Below are positions 39,546-48,708 of a stretch of DNA of 64,000 nt, one piece after another. A program made the translations under genes and the position numbers. The notes beneath the pieces were generated by a model. The model was given only the letters and a program-made list of their open reading frames with translations. It had not been told where the DNA came from and searched no databases. Source of the DNA: an uncultured Acidimicrobiaceae bacterium (GTDB lineage: Bacteria; Actinomycetota; Acidimicrobiia; Spongiisociales; UBA5794); the NCBI GenBank assembly GCA_947258985.1, contig CAMYKI010000002.1:10248-74247 (forward strand), written 5' to 3'. Every line of letters starts with the position of its first letter. The first letter of the stretch is position 1.

Positions 39546-40456
39546 GGCGCCATCGTATCGACCAGCCAGGAGGCGAAGGCGCCCCCGGCCGCCGGATCGG
39601 CGATGCGAGTGTCGTGTGCCACGACGCGGGTGGTTGCGGTCGACAGCTTCTCATCGATGACGTCGGCACTATCCACCACCAGCATCTCGAGGAGGCCTTC
39701 GTATGCCTTCAGCACCCCCTGGGTGCCCGCCGGCAGACCCAGCGAGGCCATTACCTTCTCGGCCGGTCCCTTCAGGGCTTTTCCGCCGAAGAGCGGGCTG
39801 ACCGCGACTACGGGTCGGGCGTCGGCAACGGCATCCCGGATTCCGGGAACCGCCAGGATGGGCCATATCGAAAGTGGGGGGTTGGATGGGGCGACGACTA
39901 TGAGGTCGGCCGCCCCAATCGCTTCGAGCACTCCCGGCGCAGGTCGGCTATCTGCTGAACTCACATATTCGAGGGCCCTCACGACATCTTGATGTTTGCG
40001 CCGAACAAAATATTCCTGGAAGGAGATGGTCCTTCCATCCGGCAAATTGACCATCGTGCGCATCTGGTCATCGGTCGCGGGGACGATGCAGATGTCGGTT
40101 CCCAGCGACAAGCCCAGGTCACGGGTGAAAGAAGACAGCGACGTTCCCTTGCGCAGAGCTTCGGTACGACGCAGACAAGTGGCGAGGTCCTTGTCTCCCA
40201 ATCGGAATGATGTGTCGACTCCTCTCGCGGCCATTTCCTCCATCACGTGGAACGTGTCGTCGGCTATGCCCCAGCCCTGCGGCCCTTCGATTCCTGCAAG
40301 CGTGTAGGTCACCGTGTCGAGGTCCGCGGCAACATGCACGCCGTAGATAAAGTCGTCGTCGCCCACGTTTACGATTACCGTCAGCCGCCCGGGTGCGATC
40401 ACGCGGGAGAGGGCTCTTGCCATGCGGGCACCCCCGACGCCACCGCACACCACCAC
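39542..40456 (-). CDS. cofD: 2-phospho-L-lactate transferase (CofD/FbiA-like, LPPG:FO transferase)
   Basis: 304 aa; MVVCGGVGGARMARAL, the Gly-rich N-terminus of the CofD/UPF0052 family; 4-nt overlap with cofE. Confidence 0.65.
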   Translation of the reverse strand: MVVCGGVGGARMARALSRVIAPGRLTVIVNVGDDDFIYGVHVAADLDTVTYTLAGIEGPQGWGIADDTFHVMEEMAARGVDTSFRLGDKDLATCLRRTEALRKGTSLSSFTRDLGLSLGTDICIVPATDDQMRTMVNLPDGRTISFQEYFVRRKHQDVVRALEYVSSADSRPAPGVLEAIGAADLIVVAPSNPPLSIWPILAVPGIRDAVADARPVVAVSPLFGGKALKGPAEKVMASLGLPAGTQGVLKAYEGLLEMLVVDSADVIDEKLSTATTRVVAHDTRIADPAAGGAFASWLVDTMAP

Positions 40457-40475
40457 TACGTCAAGATTGCGATAG

Positions 40476-43271
40476 ATGAGTCACGACTCCAGAATGCGGC
40501 CTATGTCACCTGCTTCAGGGAAACTCGAATCAGTCGTTGTGGCTGCCGTTCTTGCAATCGACGATGCCGACATTGCCGAGACGATCTCCCGCGTCCGGGG
40601 CCAAGTGTACGAGACCTCCCGCATTGTCGTGGTCGGCGCCGGTGGTAGAGGCCGACAAGCCGCCGACGGTGTCGGCGTCGAGTGGATGAGCGCTGTTCCG
40701 CAGCTTCTCGAGTCCATCGACGGGTCGGTGACCCACATCTGGTTCCTCTACGCGGGGGCACAACCGCGCCCCGACGCTCTCGAAGCCCTGGTGCATGATG
40801 CGGAACGGACAGATGCGGCGGTTGCCGGTTCGAAACTCGTTGAGGCAGACAATCCAGAGCGCTTGATCGCTGTCGGTATCGCCACAGATGTCTTCGATGT
40901 TCCGTATCTGGGAATGGAAGAGGACGAGATCGATGCCGGGCAGTACGACGTTGTGCGCGATGTCGCGGCTGTCGCCGGAGTGTCGCTGCTCATTCGGCGT
41001 GATCTGGCACGCGGCGTCGGCGGGCCCGATCCAAAACTGCCCCCAGAGGCTGCTGCAATCGATATCTGCCAGCGAGCCCGGCTGCGTGGTGCCAGGATCG
41101 TGGTTGTTCCTTCTTCCGAGGTTCTTTTCCACTCTGAACGGTTCCGAGCGGAATCGTGGCGAGAGAGGGCCGGACGGATTCGGGCGATGCTCAAGGTGTA
41201 CAGCCTGCTCACCTTGATCTGGGCCATCCCGCTGCGATTCCTCATAGGTCTTGCGGAATCGATCGTCAGCCCGTTCCTGGGCCGCTGGGTTCTCTTCGAC
41301 TTCATCAGGGCTTGGCTGTGGAACCTATTCATGCTCCCGTCGCTTGTACGGGAACGGTTCACCGCGAGGAAGGGTAAGGTCTTCGGTGACGCCGAGTTGT
41401 TCCGATATCAGATGCGAGGATCGGCGCGGATCTCCGAACTGTCGGGTGAAATCGGAGGGCGGTTGCGGGCCCGAATCGACAGCGGGGAAGGGCCGACCAT
41501 TGCCTCGATCAGCAACGATCTGAGGCAGCCGGCCTTCATTGTTGGTGTCGTCACGGTGCTCACCTCGTTGCTTGCCGTACGTTCGCTGTGGTCGGCCGGG
41601 TGGCCGGCCGTCGGCTACAGCCTGCCGCTTTCAGACTCCGGCACAGCCGCTGTCGATGCCTACGCCGGAGGGTGGAATCCCGGTGGATTCGGATCGGTCG
41701 AGCCGCTTGCGCCCTTGATCGGTTTCGCCGGTGTCGTTCAGACGATCGTGCTGGGCTCTCCGACTGCGACTGCCTGGTTGCTCAGCCTTGTCGCCGTCGT
41801 GGCAGGAGTATGGGGCACCATCCGGCTTCTGCGTGGGTGGGAGATCGAGGTTGTCGCGAGCTGGGCAGCCGGGATAGTGCTTGTTGCCGGACCGGCAACC
41901 CAGGCCATTGGAGATCGGACCGCCATCGGGCAGCTTCTGGCGGTCGGGGTGCTGCCATGGGCTTTGCGAGTTGTCGACTCGCGGTGGCCGTGGAGCTGGC
42001 TGCGTCGTCTGGGCAGAATCGCCGCTGCCGCCTGGGTCATCGGTCTGCTTGGCGTGCTGGCGCCGCCTCTTCTAGTCGCCCCGGTGGCCATTCTGCTGGT
42101 GAGGCTCGTGCTGAGACCGCTTGACCGTGCGACGTGGAGATCGATTGCGATTGCCGTTCTGGGGACGCTGCTTGCCCTGCCGATGCTCTTGCCGTGGCTG
42201 ACCGTGATCGATCTCGATGCCTATCTTGCGGCTGGGACCGAGTACTGGATTCCCGCCATCATCCCGGCAGGTGCCGCAATGGTTGCTTTCCTCGCTGGAG
42301 TCATCTCCAGTGGCGGCAAACGACTCGACGCCATCATCCTCGGTGGTGTGCTGATCGGTCTCGGCGGTGTGGCCGCACGAGGGGTCGATCTCGGTCTCGG
42401 TCGCGAGATCGCAGTCTCCGGTCTGGCCATCGCCGCTCTGGGCTCGGCCTTCCTGGTGGGTGGCGTGCTCGACTCGTTGCGGGCTGATGACATTCACGGG
42501 GTCAAACGCATCATTGCTGGTCTCGGTGCGATGGGTGCGGTGATTCTGGTTGCCACCTCCATCTTCCCCCTCTACGGAGGGCGGGCCGGCCTCCCCGGGG
42601 ACAGTTTCACGGAGCCGCTGCGCTTCACGACCGCCGCCGATGGAGAAGCTGAGGCATCACGCATCCTGTTGGTCGGACCCGCGGCGACATTGCCCGGCGA
42701 GTCTCAGGTTGTAAGAGGTGCTGCCTACAGGGTTGTGTCTGCGCCTGTGCCGATGCTGTGGGAGGCGTACCTGCCTGTGCCGAGCGCAGTCGACGACGCT
42801 CTGGAAGCGGAACTGCTAGACCTCATCGAAGGTCAGGAAGCACGCGCCGGTGAGGCCCTTGCCGAGTTCGGGATCCGCTGGGTGGTCGTCACCGGCGAAA
42901 CGCCGCTCCAGGCGGTGTTTGACGGTCAGCTCGACTTGATTCCGCTGGGAGGGGCAAAGAGACCGACGTTCCTCGTCGATTCTCCAACCTCCTATAGGGC
43001 ACAAATCGGCGAAGGACAGCCCTGGAGCCGCATCGGAACCGGGTATGGCGGCGTCGCTGATTCGGGCGAGCGTGTACTGATTGCCGAGACTGCGAACTCG
43101 CGGTGGGGTCCCGGACCGTGGGCGCAATCGGGGTGGGGCAACGAGGTCTCCGCCGGCACGGGAACAGTCGAGTTCGATCCGATTTCGTTGCGCCGCTCCC
43201 TGGCGTACATGGCGGCGGGCCTGTTCGCATTCCTACTCGTCTTCTCAGCGTTTGCCAGGAGGCAGAGATGA
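40476..43271 (+). CDS. Large membrane protein: N-terminal cytoplasmic GT-A-like (family 2 glycosyltransferase-like) domain + ~15-TM C-terminal domain
   Basis: 931 aa; N-terminal 250 aa resemble a GT2 fold (VVVAAVLAIDDADIAE...); the remainder is highly hydrophobic; stop overlaps the start of the next gene (ATGA). Confidence 0.45.
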   Translation: MSHDSRMRPMSPASGKLESVVVAAVLAIDDADIAETISRVRGQVYETSRIVVVGAGGRGRQAADGVGVEWMSAVPQLLESIDGSVTHIWFLYAGAQPRPDALEALVHDAERTDAAVAGSKLVEADNPERLIAVGIATDVFDVPYLGMEEDEIDAGQYDVVRDVAAVAGVSLLIRRDLARGVGGPDPKLPPEAAAIDICQRARLRGARIVVVPSSEVLFHSERFRAESWRERAGRIRAMLKVYSLLTLIWAIPLRFLIGLAESIVSPFLGRWVLFDFIRAWLWNLFMLPSLVRERFTARKGKVFGDAELFRYQMRGSARISELSGEIGGRLRARIDSGEGPTIASISNDLRQPAFIVGVVTVLTSLLAVRSLWSAGWPAVGYSLPLSDSGTAAVDAYAGGWNPGGFGSVEPLAPLIGFAGVVQTIVLGSPTATAWLLSLVAVVAGVWGTIRLLRGWEIEVVASWAAGIVLVAGPATQAIGDRTAIGQLLAVGVLPWALRVVDSRWPWSWLRRLGRIAAAAWVIGLLGVLAPPLLVAPVAILLVRLVLRPLDRATWRSIAIAVLGTLLALPMLLPWLTVIDLDAYLAAGTEYWIPAIIPAGAAMVAFLAGVISSGGKRLDAIILGGVLIGLGGVAARGVDLGLGREIAVSGLAIAALGSAFLVGGVLDSLRADDIHGVKRIIAGLGAMGAVILVATSIFPLYGGRAGLPGDSFTEPLRFTTAADGEAEASRILLVGPAATLPGESQVVRGAAYRVVSAPVPMLWEAYLPVPSAVDDALEAELLDLIEGQEARAGEALAEFGIRWVVVTGETPLQAVFDGQLDLIPLGGAKRPTFLVDSPTSYRAQIGEGQPWSRIGTGYGGVADSGERVLIAETANSRWGPGPWAQSGWGNEVSAGTGTVEFDPISLRRSLAYMAAGLFAFLLVFSAFARRQR

Positions 43272-44659
43272 AACGTCTCGTCGGTCTGATACTTGTCGCG
43301 GCGGCGGTGGCGACAGCATTTGTGCTGCCCGAGCCGGACCCGGATCCCGGCCCTGATTTCACCGGACCTGAGATTCGGGAGTCGGTCGCCCCGGCCGCGG
43401 CAAGCGTCTGGTACTGCCCGTGGGTTGCCAGCGGAGCACTGCGAGACTCGACAGCGATGCTCGCCACGAAGGTCCCGGTGACCGCCGAGCTGACTCTCCC
43501 CCAACAGATTGCCGACGAGGCCCCCGATGTTGGTGAGGTGAGACTGGATGATGCCGGCGCCCTCGTTGTGGCCATCGGAGAGATCGTGCGTCGCGGCGAT
43601 ACCCCCTTGTTCGTGGAATTCGACGACGGCCCCGCCGCCGCGGCGGCGGTGATCACAAGCGCCGAGCTCGTCACCGGCGATACGTGCGTCGCCCGCATCC
43701 CGAAGGTGTGGGAGCTTCCGGGAGGAACCACTCGCGAAGGGCGCAACATGACGTTGCGTCTGTTCAATCCGTTCCCTGAGTTGGCAAAGGTGAGCGTGAG
43801 CGGAGCGAGCGAATCGGGGGAGACCGGGCTGGTCGATCTGCAGAATCTCGACGTCGAGGGCCGAACATGGCAAGACGTGAGTCTGAATGCGCTTGTTCCG
43901 CTGCTCGATGATTTGGCTCTGACTGTGACTTCTAGCGAGGGTTTTGTAATCCCGTCGCTTGCGGTGGGGGGCGCCACGGACGAAGCGAGCTGGCCGGGGA
44001 CCGCTCCCGCGACCATGTGGGAATTCCCTATCGCCACGCCTCGGCCCGACTTTGCGCCATCTCTGATGCTGTCCAACTCGGGATCGGAACCGGTGACGGC
44101 GACCATCGATGTCTACACATCTACAGGAGCGACGATCGGAGCCAGGGAGGTTGAGGTCGATCCGAGCATCCCGCGGCGAGTGGACCTGAGTGATCTCGTC
44201 GTCGACTCGTTGGGCATCAGGGTCCGTTCTAGCGCTCCGCTCGCGGGAGTAGTGATAGCCGAGGAGTCGACGGCGATTCTCGAGCCGACCGACGAGGAAG
44301 GCGAGATCGAGGAGGGGGAGGCTCAGGGCGATCGTATCGCGGGGACGATCGGCGTGTCCTCACCAGCAGTCGAGTGGCTTGTGCCGGGACTCCAGGGTGT
44401 CGCCGGCGGCGAGTCGACGGTCTGGCTGCTGAACACCGGTGCCGATACTGCGACTGTGACGCTGCAGCCGCTTGGTCTGCGAGATCTGCCCGCTTCAAAA
44501 CAATCGGTGATGCCCGGATCGTTACTCGGGGTACCGCTTGGCCATGACGTTGCCGTTGGCGGCTATCGCGTGGAATCCTCTTCGCCGATATCCGTGGCGT
44601 GGAGTGTCGAAGCGGAATCAGGGATCATGTTTGTGACAGGGACAGTCGTGGGTGGATAG
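43268..44659 (+). CDS. Secreted hypothetical protein (signal peptide; translationally coupled to the upstream membrane GT-like gene)
   Basis: Start reassigned to ATG 43268 (MKRLVGLILVAAAVATAFVLPEPDPDP); the longer annotated ORF from 43103 overlaps the upstream gene in another frame. Confidence 0.5.
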   Translation: MKRLVGLILVAAAVATAFVLPEPDPDPGPDFTGPEIRESVAPAAASVWYCPWVASGALRDSTAMLATKVPVTAELTLPQQIADEAPDVGEVRLDDAGALVVAIGEIVRRGDTPLFVEFDDGPAAAAAVITSAELVTGDTCVARIPKVWELPGGTTREGRNMTLRLFNPFPELAKVSVSGASESGETGLVDLQNLDVEGRTWQDVSLNALVPLLDDLALTVTSSEGFVIPSLAVGGATDEASWPGTAPATMWEFPIATPRPDFAPSLMLSNSGSEPVTATIDVYTSTGATIGAREVEVDPSIPRRVDLSDLVVDSLGIRVRSSAPLAGVVIAEESTAILEPTDEEGEIEEGEAQGDRIAGTIGVSSPAVEWLVPGLQGVAGGESTVWLLNTGADTATVTLQPLGLRDLPASKQSVMPGSLLGVPLGHDVAVGGYRVESSSPISVAWSVEAESGIMFVTGTVVGG

Positions 44660-45029
44660 CACCGTTCTCCGCGTGCTCGCCCTGATTGCGGTGCTCCTCA
44701 TTGCAGGGACTATTGCCCTGGTGACGCGTCGTGCCCGACCGCATCACCCACCGTTGATCATCGACGGCCTTGACCTTCCGGCGGGGATTGTTGTGTTTAC
44801 CTCAACCGACTGTCCGCGGTGTCGCGAGGTGCTCGAGCTCGTGAAGACGGTCGATGTGCCGTTGCGCGAGATCACCTATGAAATCGAGGGCGATCTACAG
44901 CGGCGTGCAGGTGTCGTTGGCGTGCCGGTGACCCTGATAATTGCTGATTCGGGGAACCTCGTCGCCCAACTTCCGGGACGTTTCAGGCGACGAGCGTTGG
45001 TACGGGCGGTCGATAGGGCCGGGTTCTAG
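44652..45029 (+). CDS. Membrane-anchored thioredoxin/glutaredoxin-like protein (CPRC motif)
   Basis: N-terminal TM (VLALIAVLLIAGTIALV), then VVFTSTDCPRCREV...GVVGVPVTLI; 8-nt overlap with the preceding gene. Confidence 0.55.
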   Translation: MDSTVLRVLALIAVLLIAGTIALVTRRARPHHPPLIIDGLDLPAGIVVFTSTDCPRCREVLELVKTVDVPLREITYEIEGDLQRRAGVVGVPVTLIIADSGNLVAQLPGRFRRRALVRAVDRAGF

Positions 45030-45091
45030 CGGCCCTACTGGCAGGAGAATCCACCGCGGAACGGGCCCCACGCACTAGCGTCTGCAGCCTG

Positions 45092-45313
45092 ATGGAATTC
45101 ACCTGCTCCCGCTGCCGATCGGACGCCGAGTCGATCATGTCGTTCGACTACCCGAGCCGCCTCATGTGGCTGATGGATATCGACGGTCCGCTCGAGCCCG
45201 GTGCTGGCTACCTCTACTGCGCCCATCATGCGGCTCGACTCAGCCCTCCGGTTGGATGGACCTTGGTGGATCGGCGCTCGCCGATGGCCCGTCTGTTCAC
45301 GGTACCGGCGTAG
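45092..45313 (+). CDS. DUF3499-like small Cys-containing protein (actinobacterial conserved, usually near manB/whiB)
   Basis: 73 aa, CSRC...YCAHHAARLSPPVGWTLVD pattern resembling the DUF3499 family; synteny with the manB region. Confidence 0.45.
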   Translation: MEFTCSRCRSDAESIMSFDYPSRLMWLMDIDGPLEPGAGYLYCAHHAARLSPPVGWTLVDRRSPMARLFTVPA

Positions 45314-45321
45314 GGCTGGCG

Positions 45322-45609
45322 ATGCCCATCGACCGGGATGTTCTCGAAGCAGTTCGGGAGATGGAAGAGCCCGAGCTCCGCCGACTCCTCATCCTCGCAC
45401 GCGCTCGACTCGAGCAGCGGGGGGTTTTTGGGACCACGGCAGAGCCCGAGGTGAAGCTGCGGAGACAGATGGTCAAATGTGGCAAACAGAGTTGTACGCG
45501 TTGCCCGCATGGTCCCTACTGGTATGCCTACTGGTGGGAGCAGGGCAAGCGCCGGTCCCGATACGTCGGGAAGCTGGACGAGCTTCCCGAGTTGGCCGGC
45601 GGGATTTGA
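45322..45609 (+). CDS. Small hypothetical protein with C-terminal Cys4 zinc-ribbon-like motif
   Basis: MPIDRDVLEAVREMEE...KCGKQSCTRCPHGPYWYAYWW; start reassigned from the longer annotated ORF 45166. Confidence 0.35.
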   Translation: MPIDRDVLEAVREMEEPELRRLLILARARLEQRGVFGTTAEPEVKLRRQMVKCGKQSCTRCPHGPYWYAYWWEQGKRRSRYVGKLDELPELAGGI

Positions 45610-45703
45610 GCCGAACCGGTTGTTTCGACGATTCGGCTCTCCCTGGGTCGGGTGATCGCGAAATCCGCATCTCAAGGCCCTGGTCTCGACTACTCTTCCG
45701 AAC

Positions 45704-45907
45704 ATGAATAGACGAAGAGGTGTGCCCGTTGAGCCGTTGCAGTGTGCAACGTGCGGTGCAAACGATGTCATCCAGATCGAGTTGACGCTCCCCGACGGCA
45801 CGGAAGTCAATTTCTGCTCCTGCCATCAATGTGAAGCACGGTGGTGGGATCGTGACGGGGAACCGTTGGAACTCGATGTTGTGCTCGAACTGGCGCGCAA
45901 CACCTGA
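45704..45907 (+). CDS. Small zinc-ribbon protein (hypothetical)
   Basis: 67 aa with CATCG...CSCHQC Cys4 arrangement. Confidence 0.35.
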   Translation: MNRRRGVPVEPLQCATCGANDVIQIELTLPDGTEVNFCSCHQCEARWWDRDGEPLELDVVLELARNT

Positions 45908-46002
45908 GAATCCGCCTTGTGCCCTGGCCGATCGACGTGCTGAGAAGCGCTATCCATGCCCGATTGTGAGCGCAACCGTCAGACCCCACTAGCCTCTCGC
46001 CG

Positions 46003-48207
46003 GTGACGACTTCCGATTCGCTGCGCTCCTCCACCCGGGGCGGCCGCCTCCTGGCCGTTCTTGCCGTCGCGTTGCCGACGGTGTTGATCCTGCTGGTGAT
46101 GGCAGGTCTGGTGGCGAGAGTGAGCCCTCAAGACGCATTCCCGTTCTTCAATCTCGAGTTTCATTGGCCGTCGCTCCTGCTGGCCAATACCCCAACCGGT
46201 GGAGACATGGGTGCGCATGTCGTGCTCCCGCAGGTGCTGCGCGACAACCTGCTCCCGACGGGCCGAGTGCTTGGCTGGAGCAACTACTGGTACGCCGGCT
46301 ATCCGGTGTTCTATTTCTACTTCCCGCTGCCGGCGCTCTTCACGGTCTTCCTCGATGTGTTTGTGCCATACGGCGTGGCCTTCAAAATCACCACAATCGT
46401 TGGCCTGCTCGGCATGCCGTTTGCGGCCTACTACTTGATTCGATCGGTGGGGTTGGCTCGGCCCGTCGCAGCCGTTTCAGCGGCCTTCGGCTCGATGTTC
46501 GTGTTCATGGAGAGCTTCAGCATATTTGGGGCCAACATCAAGTCCACGCTGGCGGGGGAGTTCTCGTTCTCCTGGTCATTTGCCCTTTCGTTGATCTACC
46601 TGGGTGTGGTGATTCGGAACGTGCGCGAGGGCCGACGGTTCAGCCCGCTGGCGGGAGTACTGCTCGCGCTCACGGCAATGAGTCACATTGTGACCACGAT
46701 TGTTGTCGTCGTTGTATCCCTTCCGCTGCTATTGCGCCGGCGAGGGGGCTCGACGCTTCTGCCCAGTTGGATCCTCGGATTCGGTGTCGCCGCGTTTTGG
46801 GCGCTGTCGGTCTTCGTTCGCACATTCGGTGGATTGAACACAGATATGGGTTGGACGCCGTTGACGGGTATCCGCGGTGCCGGTATCTCCAACGTGGGGA
46901 CTCCGTTGCCAAACGAATTCATACCCATCTTTGCTCTCGGCATCATCGGCATGGTGTGGGCGCTCCTGCGCCGCGAAGACGTCGGCGTCCTCTTGACTAT
47001 GACCGTGCTCCCGCTGTTTGGATATCTGCTGATCGCCGAGCAGGGTTGGACGATCCTCTACAACGCCCGATTGCTCCCGTACTGGTTCATGGGGATCTTC
47101 CTCTTCGCCGGGATCGCGGTTGGATTGGGGGCAACCCGTCTGGCGCGCTGGCTGCCCAATCGTGACGAGAATATGGTCGTCGGCGGAGTTCTCGCTGTTG
47201 GTCTCACCCTTGCGGTCACGATCATCGGGGTCCACGACATCCCCGGTTGGGTCAACTGGAACTACCAGGGTTACGAGGGCAAGGCCGCCTACCCCGAACT
47301 CGAGTCGATCATGGTGGCAGTGGACCAGCTTCCTGAGGGTCGGGTCATGTGGGAGTACGACAAGGACGTTCAGAGTCAGTATGGGACACCGATGGCGCTG
47401 ATGCTGATCCCGTACTGGAGCGAAGACCACGACACCATGGAAGGGGTCTTCTTTGAATCGTCGCTGACAACGCCGTTCCACTTCCTCAACCAGTCGGAGA
47501 TGAGCAAGTCGCCGTCGCAGCCGGTGCGGGGCCTCACCTATCGGACGTTTGCGCTCGACAGGGGCATCGAGCATTCAAAGTTGTACAACCTGGAGTACTA
47601 CGTCACGCAAAGCGAAGAGATGACGACGGAGGCCAACCGGCTCGGGCTCGAGCCTCTGGTCCAAGCCGAGGCGTTCTCCCTCTTCGCCCTTCCCAAATCG
47701 GATGCCGTCGATGTCGCTGCGTTTACGCCGATGGTGTACGACGGCGAGGAAGATTTCACCGACGTAGCCATCAATTGGTACGACGAGATGGATTCGCTGG
47801 ACAGATGGATTGTCGCCTCCGGGCCCGCCGAGTGGCCCCGGTTTGATGATCTCGCCGGGCCCTATGACGAGGGCGAGCCGATCGAAGCTGCCGACGGAGC
47901 CGTCAGCGACGTCGTAATCGAAGACCACAGGATCTCCTTCAAGACCACCGCCGTTGGTGTGCCCCACCTCGTTAAGATCTCGTACTTCCCGAATTGGCAG
48001 GCTGTCGGCGCCGAGGGGCCATATCGTGCTGCGCCTTCCCTGATGTTGGTCGTTCCGACCCAGGAGGAAGTTTCGCTGGAGTTCGCCCGCACGTGGACCG
48101 AGAATGTAGGAACGCTGCTCACGCTAATCACGCTGGCGTTTCTCGTCTGGTGGGTTGTGGAGAGGCGTTCTCTGCGCAGGCGCAAAGCCGCTCGAAGCGA
48201 GGTCTAG
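46003..48207 (+). CDS. Large polytopic membrane protein with C-terminal extracytoplasmic domain (GT-C-like / YfhO/DUF2079-like putative glycosyltransferase)
   Basis: 734 aa; ~13 TM helices in the first ~400 aa, then a soluble domain and a terminal TM; immediately followed by GtrA-like and GT2 (GtrB-like) genes. Confidence 0.45.
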   Translation: MTTSDSLRSSTRGGRLLAVLAVALPTVLILLVMAGLVARVSPQDAFPFFNLEFHWPSLLLANTPTGGDMGAHVVLPQVLRDNLLPTGRVLGWSNYWYAGYPVFYFYFPLPALFTVFLDVFVPYGVAFKITTIVGLLGMPFAAYYLIRSVGLARPVAAVSAAFGSMFVFMESFSIFGANIKSTLAGEFSFSWSFALSLIYLGVVIRNVREGRRFSPLAGVLLALTAMSHIVTTIVVVVVSLPLLLRRRGGSTLLPSWILGFGVAAFWALSVFVRTFGGLNTDMGWTPLTGIRGAGISNVGTPLPNEFIPIFALGIIGMVWALLRREDVGVLLTMTVLPLFGYLLIAEQGWTILYNARLLPYWFMGIFLFAGIAVGLGATRLARWLPNRDENMVVGGVLAVGLTLAVTIIGVHDIPGWVNWNYQGYEGKAAYPELESIMVAVDQLPEGRVMWEYDKDVQSQYGTPMALMLIPYWSEDHDTMEGVFFESSLTTPFHFLNQSEMSKSPSQPVRGLTYRTFALDRGIEHSKLYNLEYYVTQSEEMTTEANRLGLEPLVQAEAFSLFALPKSDAVDVAAFTPMVYDGEEDFTDVAINWYDEMDSLDRWIVASGPAEWPRFDDLAGPYDEGEPIEAADGAVSDVVIEDHRISFKTTAVGVPHLVKISYFPNWQAVGAEGPYRAAPSLMLVVPTQEEVSLEFARTWTENVGTLLTLITLAFLVWWVVERRSLRRRKAARSEV

Positions 48208-48708
48208 GTGAGGAATTACGTCAAGTCGCTGTTTACCCCAACGGCCATCCGGCAGTTGATGAAGGTAGGCCTCGTCGGGGTGTTCAACACGATCGTTTCG
48301 TTTGCTTTGTTCAACCTGTTCTTGAGCATGCTTGGGGGAACAAAGGAAGTTGACGAAGGCTTCAATTGGGAACAGTTCTGGGCGATAGCGCTCTCCTTTC
48401 TGATTGGTACGGTCGTTTCGTACCTGCTCAACCGGCGTTGGACGTTCGAGTTGAGCGACCAGCCCGAGGAGTTGCGGAGAGAAAGCGTTCACTTCTTCCT
48501 GATCAACGTGGCGGCGTGGGCAGTTACCCAGTTCGTCGTCGGTTCGGCCGATTGGCTGTGGGGTCCCCTTACCCGCATGCAGCAGAACTTCTTCTATCTG
48601 GCAGCGTCGGGATTGATCATCATCCCGAAGTTCGCCGGATACCGGGACATCGTTTTCCGCAAGGCTATCGATGCGGAGTCCGACACGGAGCAGCTCACTT
48701 CCATCTGA
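48208..48708 (+). CDS. GtrA-family membrane protein (polysaccharide synthesis/flippase accessory)
   Basis: 166 aa, 4 TM, VGLVGVFNTIVSFALFNL and NVAAWAVTQFVVGS typical of GtrA; GTG start abuts the stop of the upstream gene. Confidence 0.65.
   Translation: MRNYVKSLFTPTAIRQLMKVGLVGVFNTIVSFALFNLFLSMLGGTKEVDEGFNWEQFWAIALSFLIGTVVSYLLNRRWTFELSDQPEELRRESVHFFLINVAAWAVTQFVVGSADWLWGPLTRMQQNFFYLAASGLIIIPKFAGYRDIVFRKAIDAESDTEQLTSI

Noticed and set aside
43103-43267. Upstream 55 codons of ORF 43103-44659
   Set aside because: They overlap the end of the 931-aa gene in another frame; ATG 43268 gives a clean signal peptide and ATGA coupling, so the longer form is unlikely.
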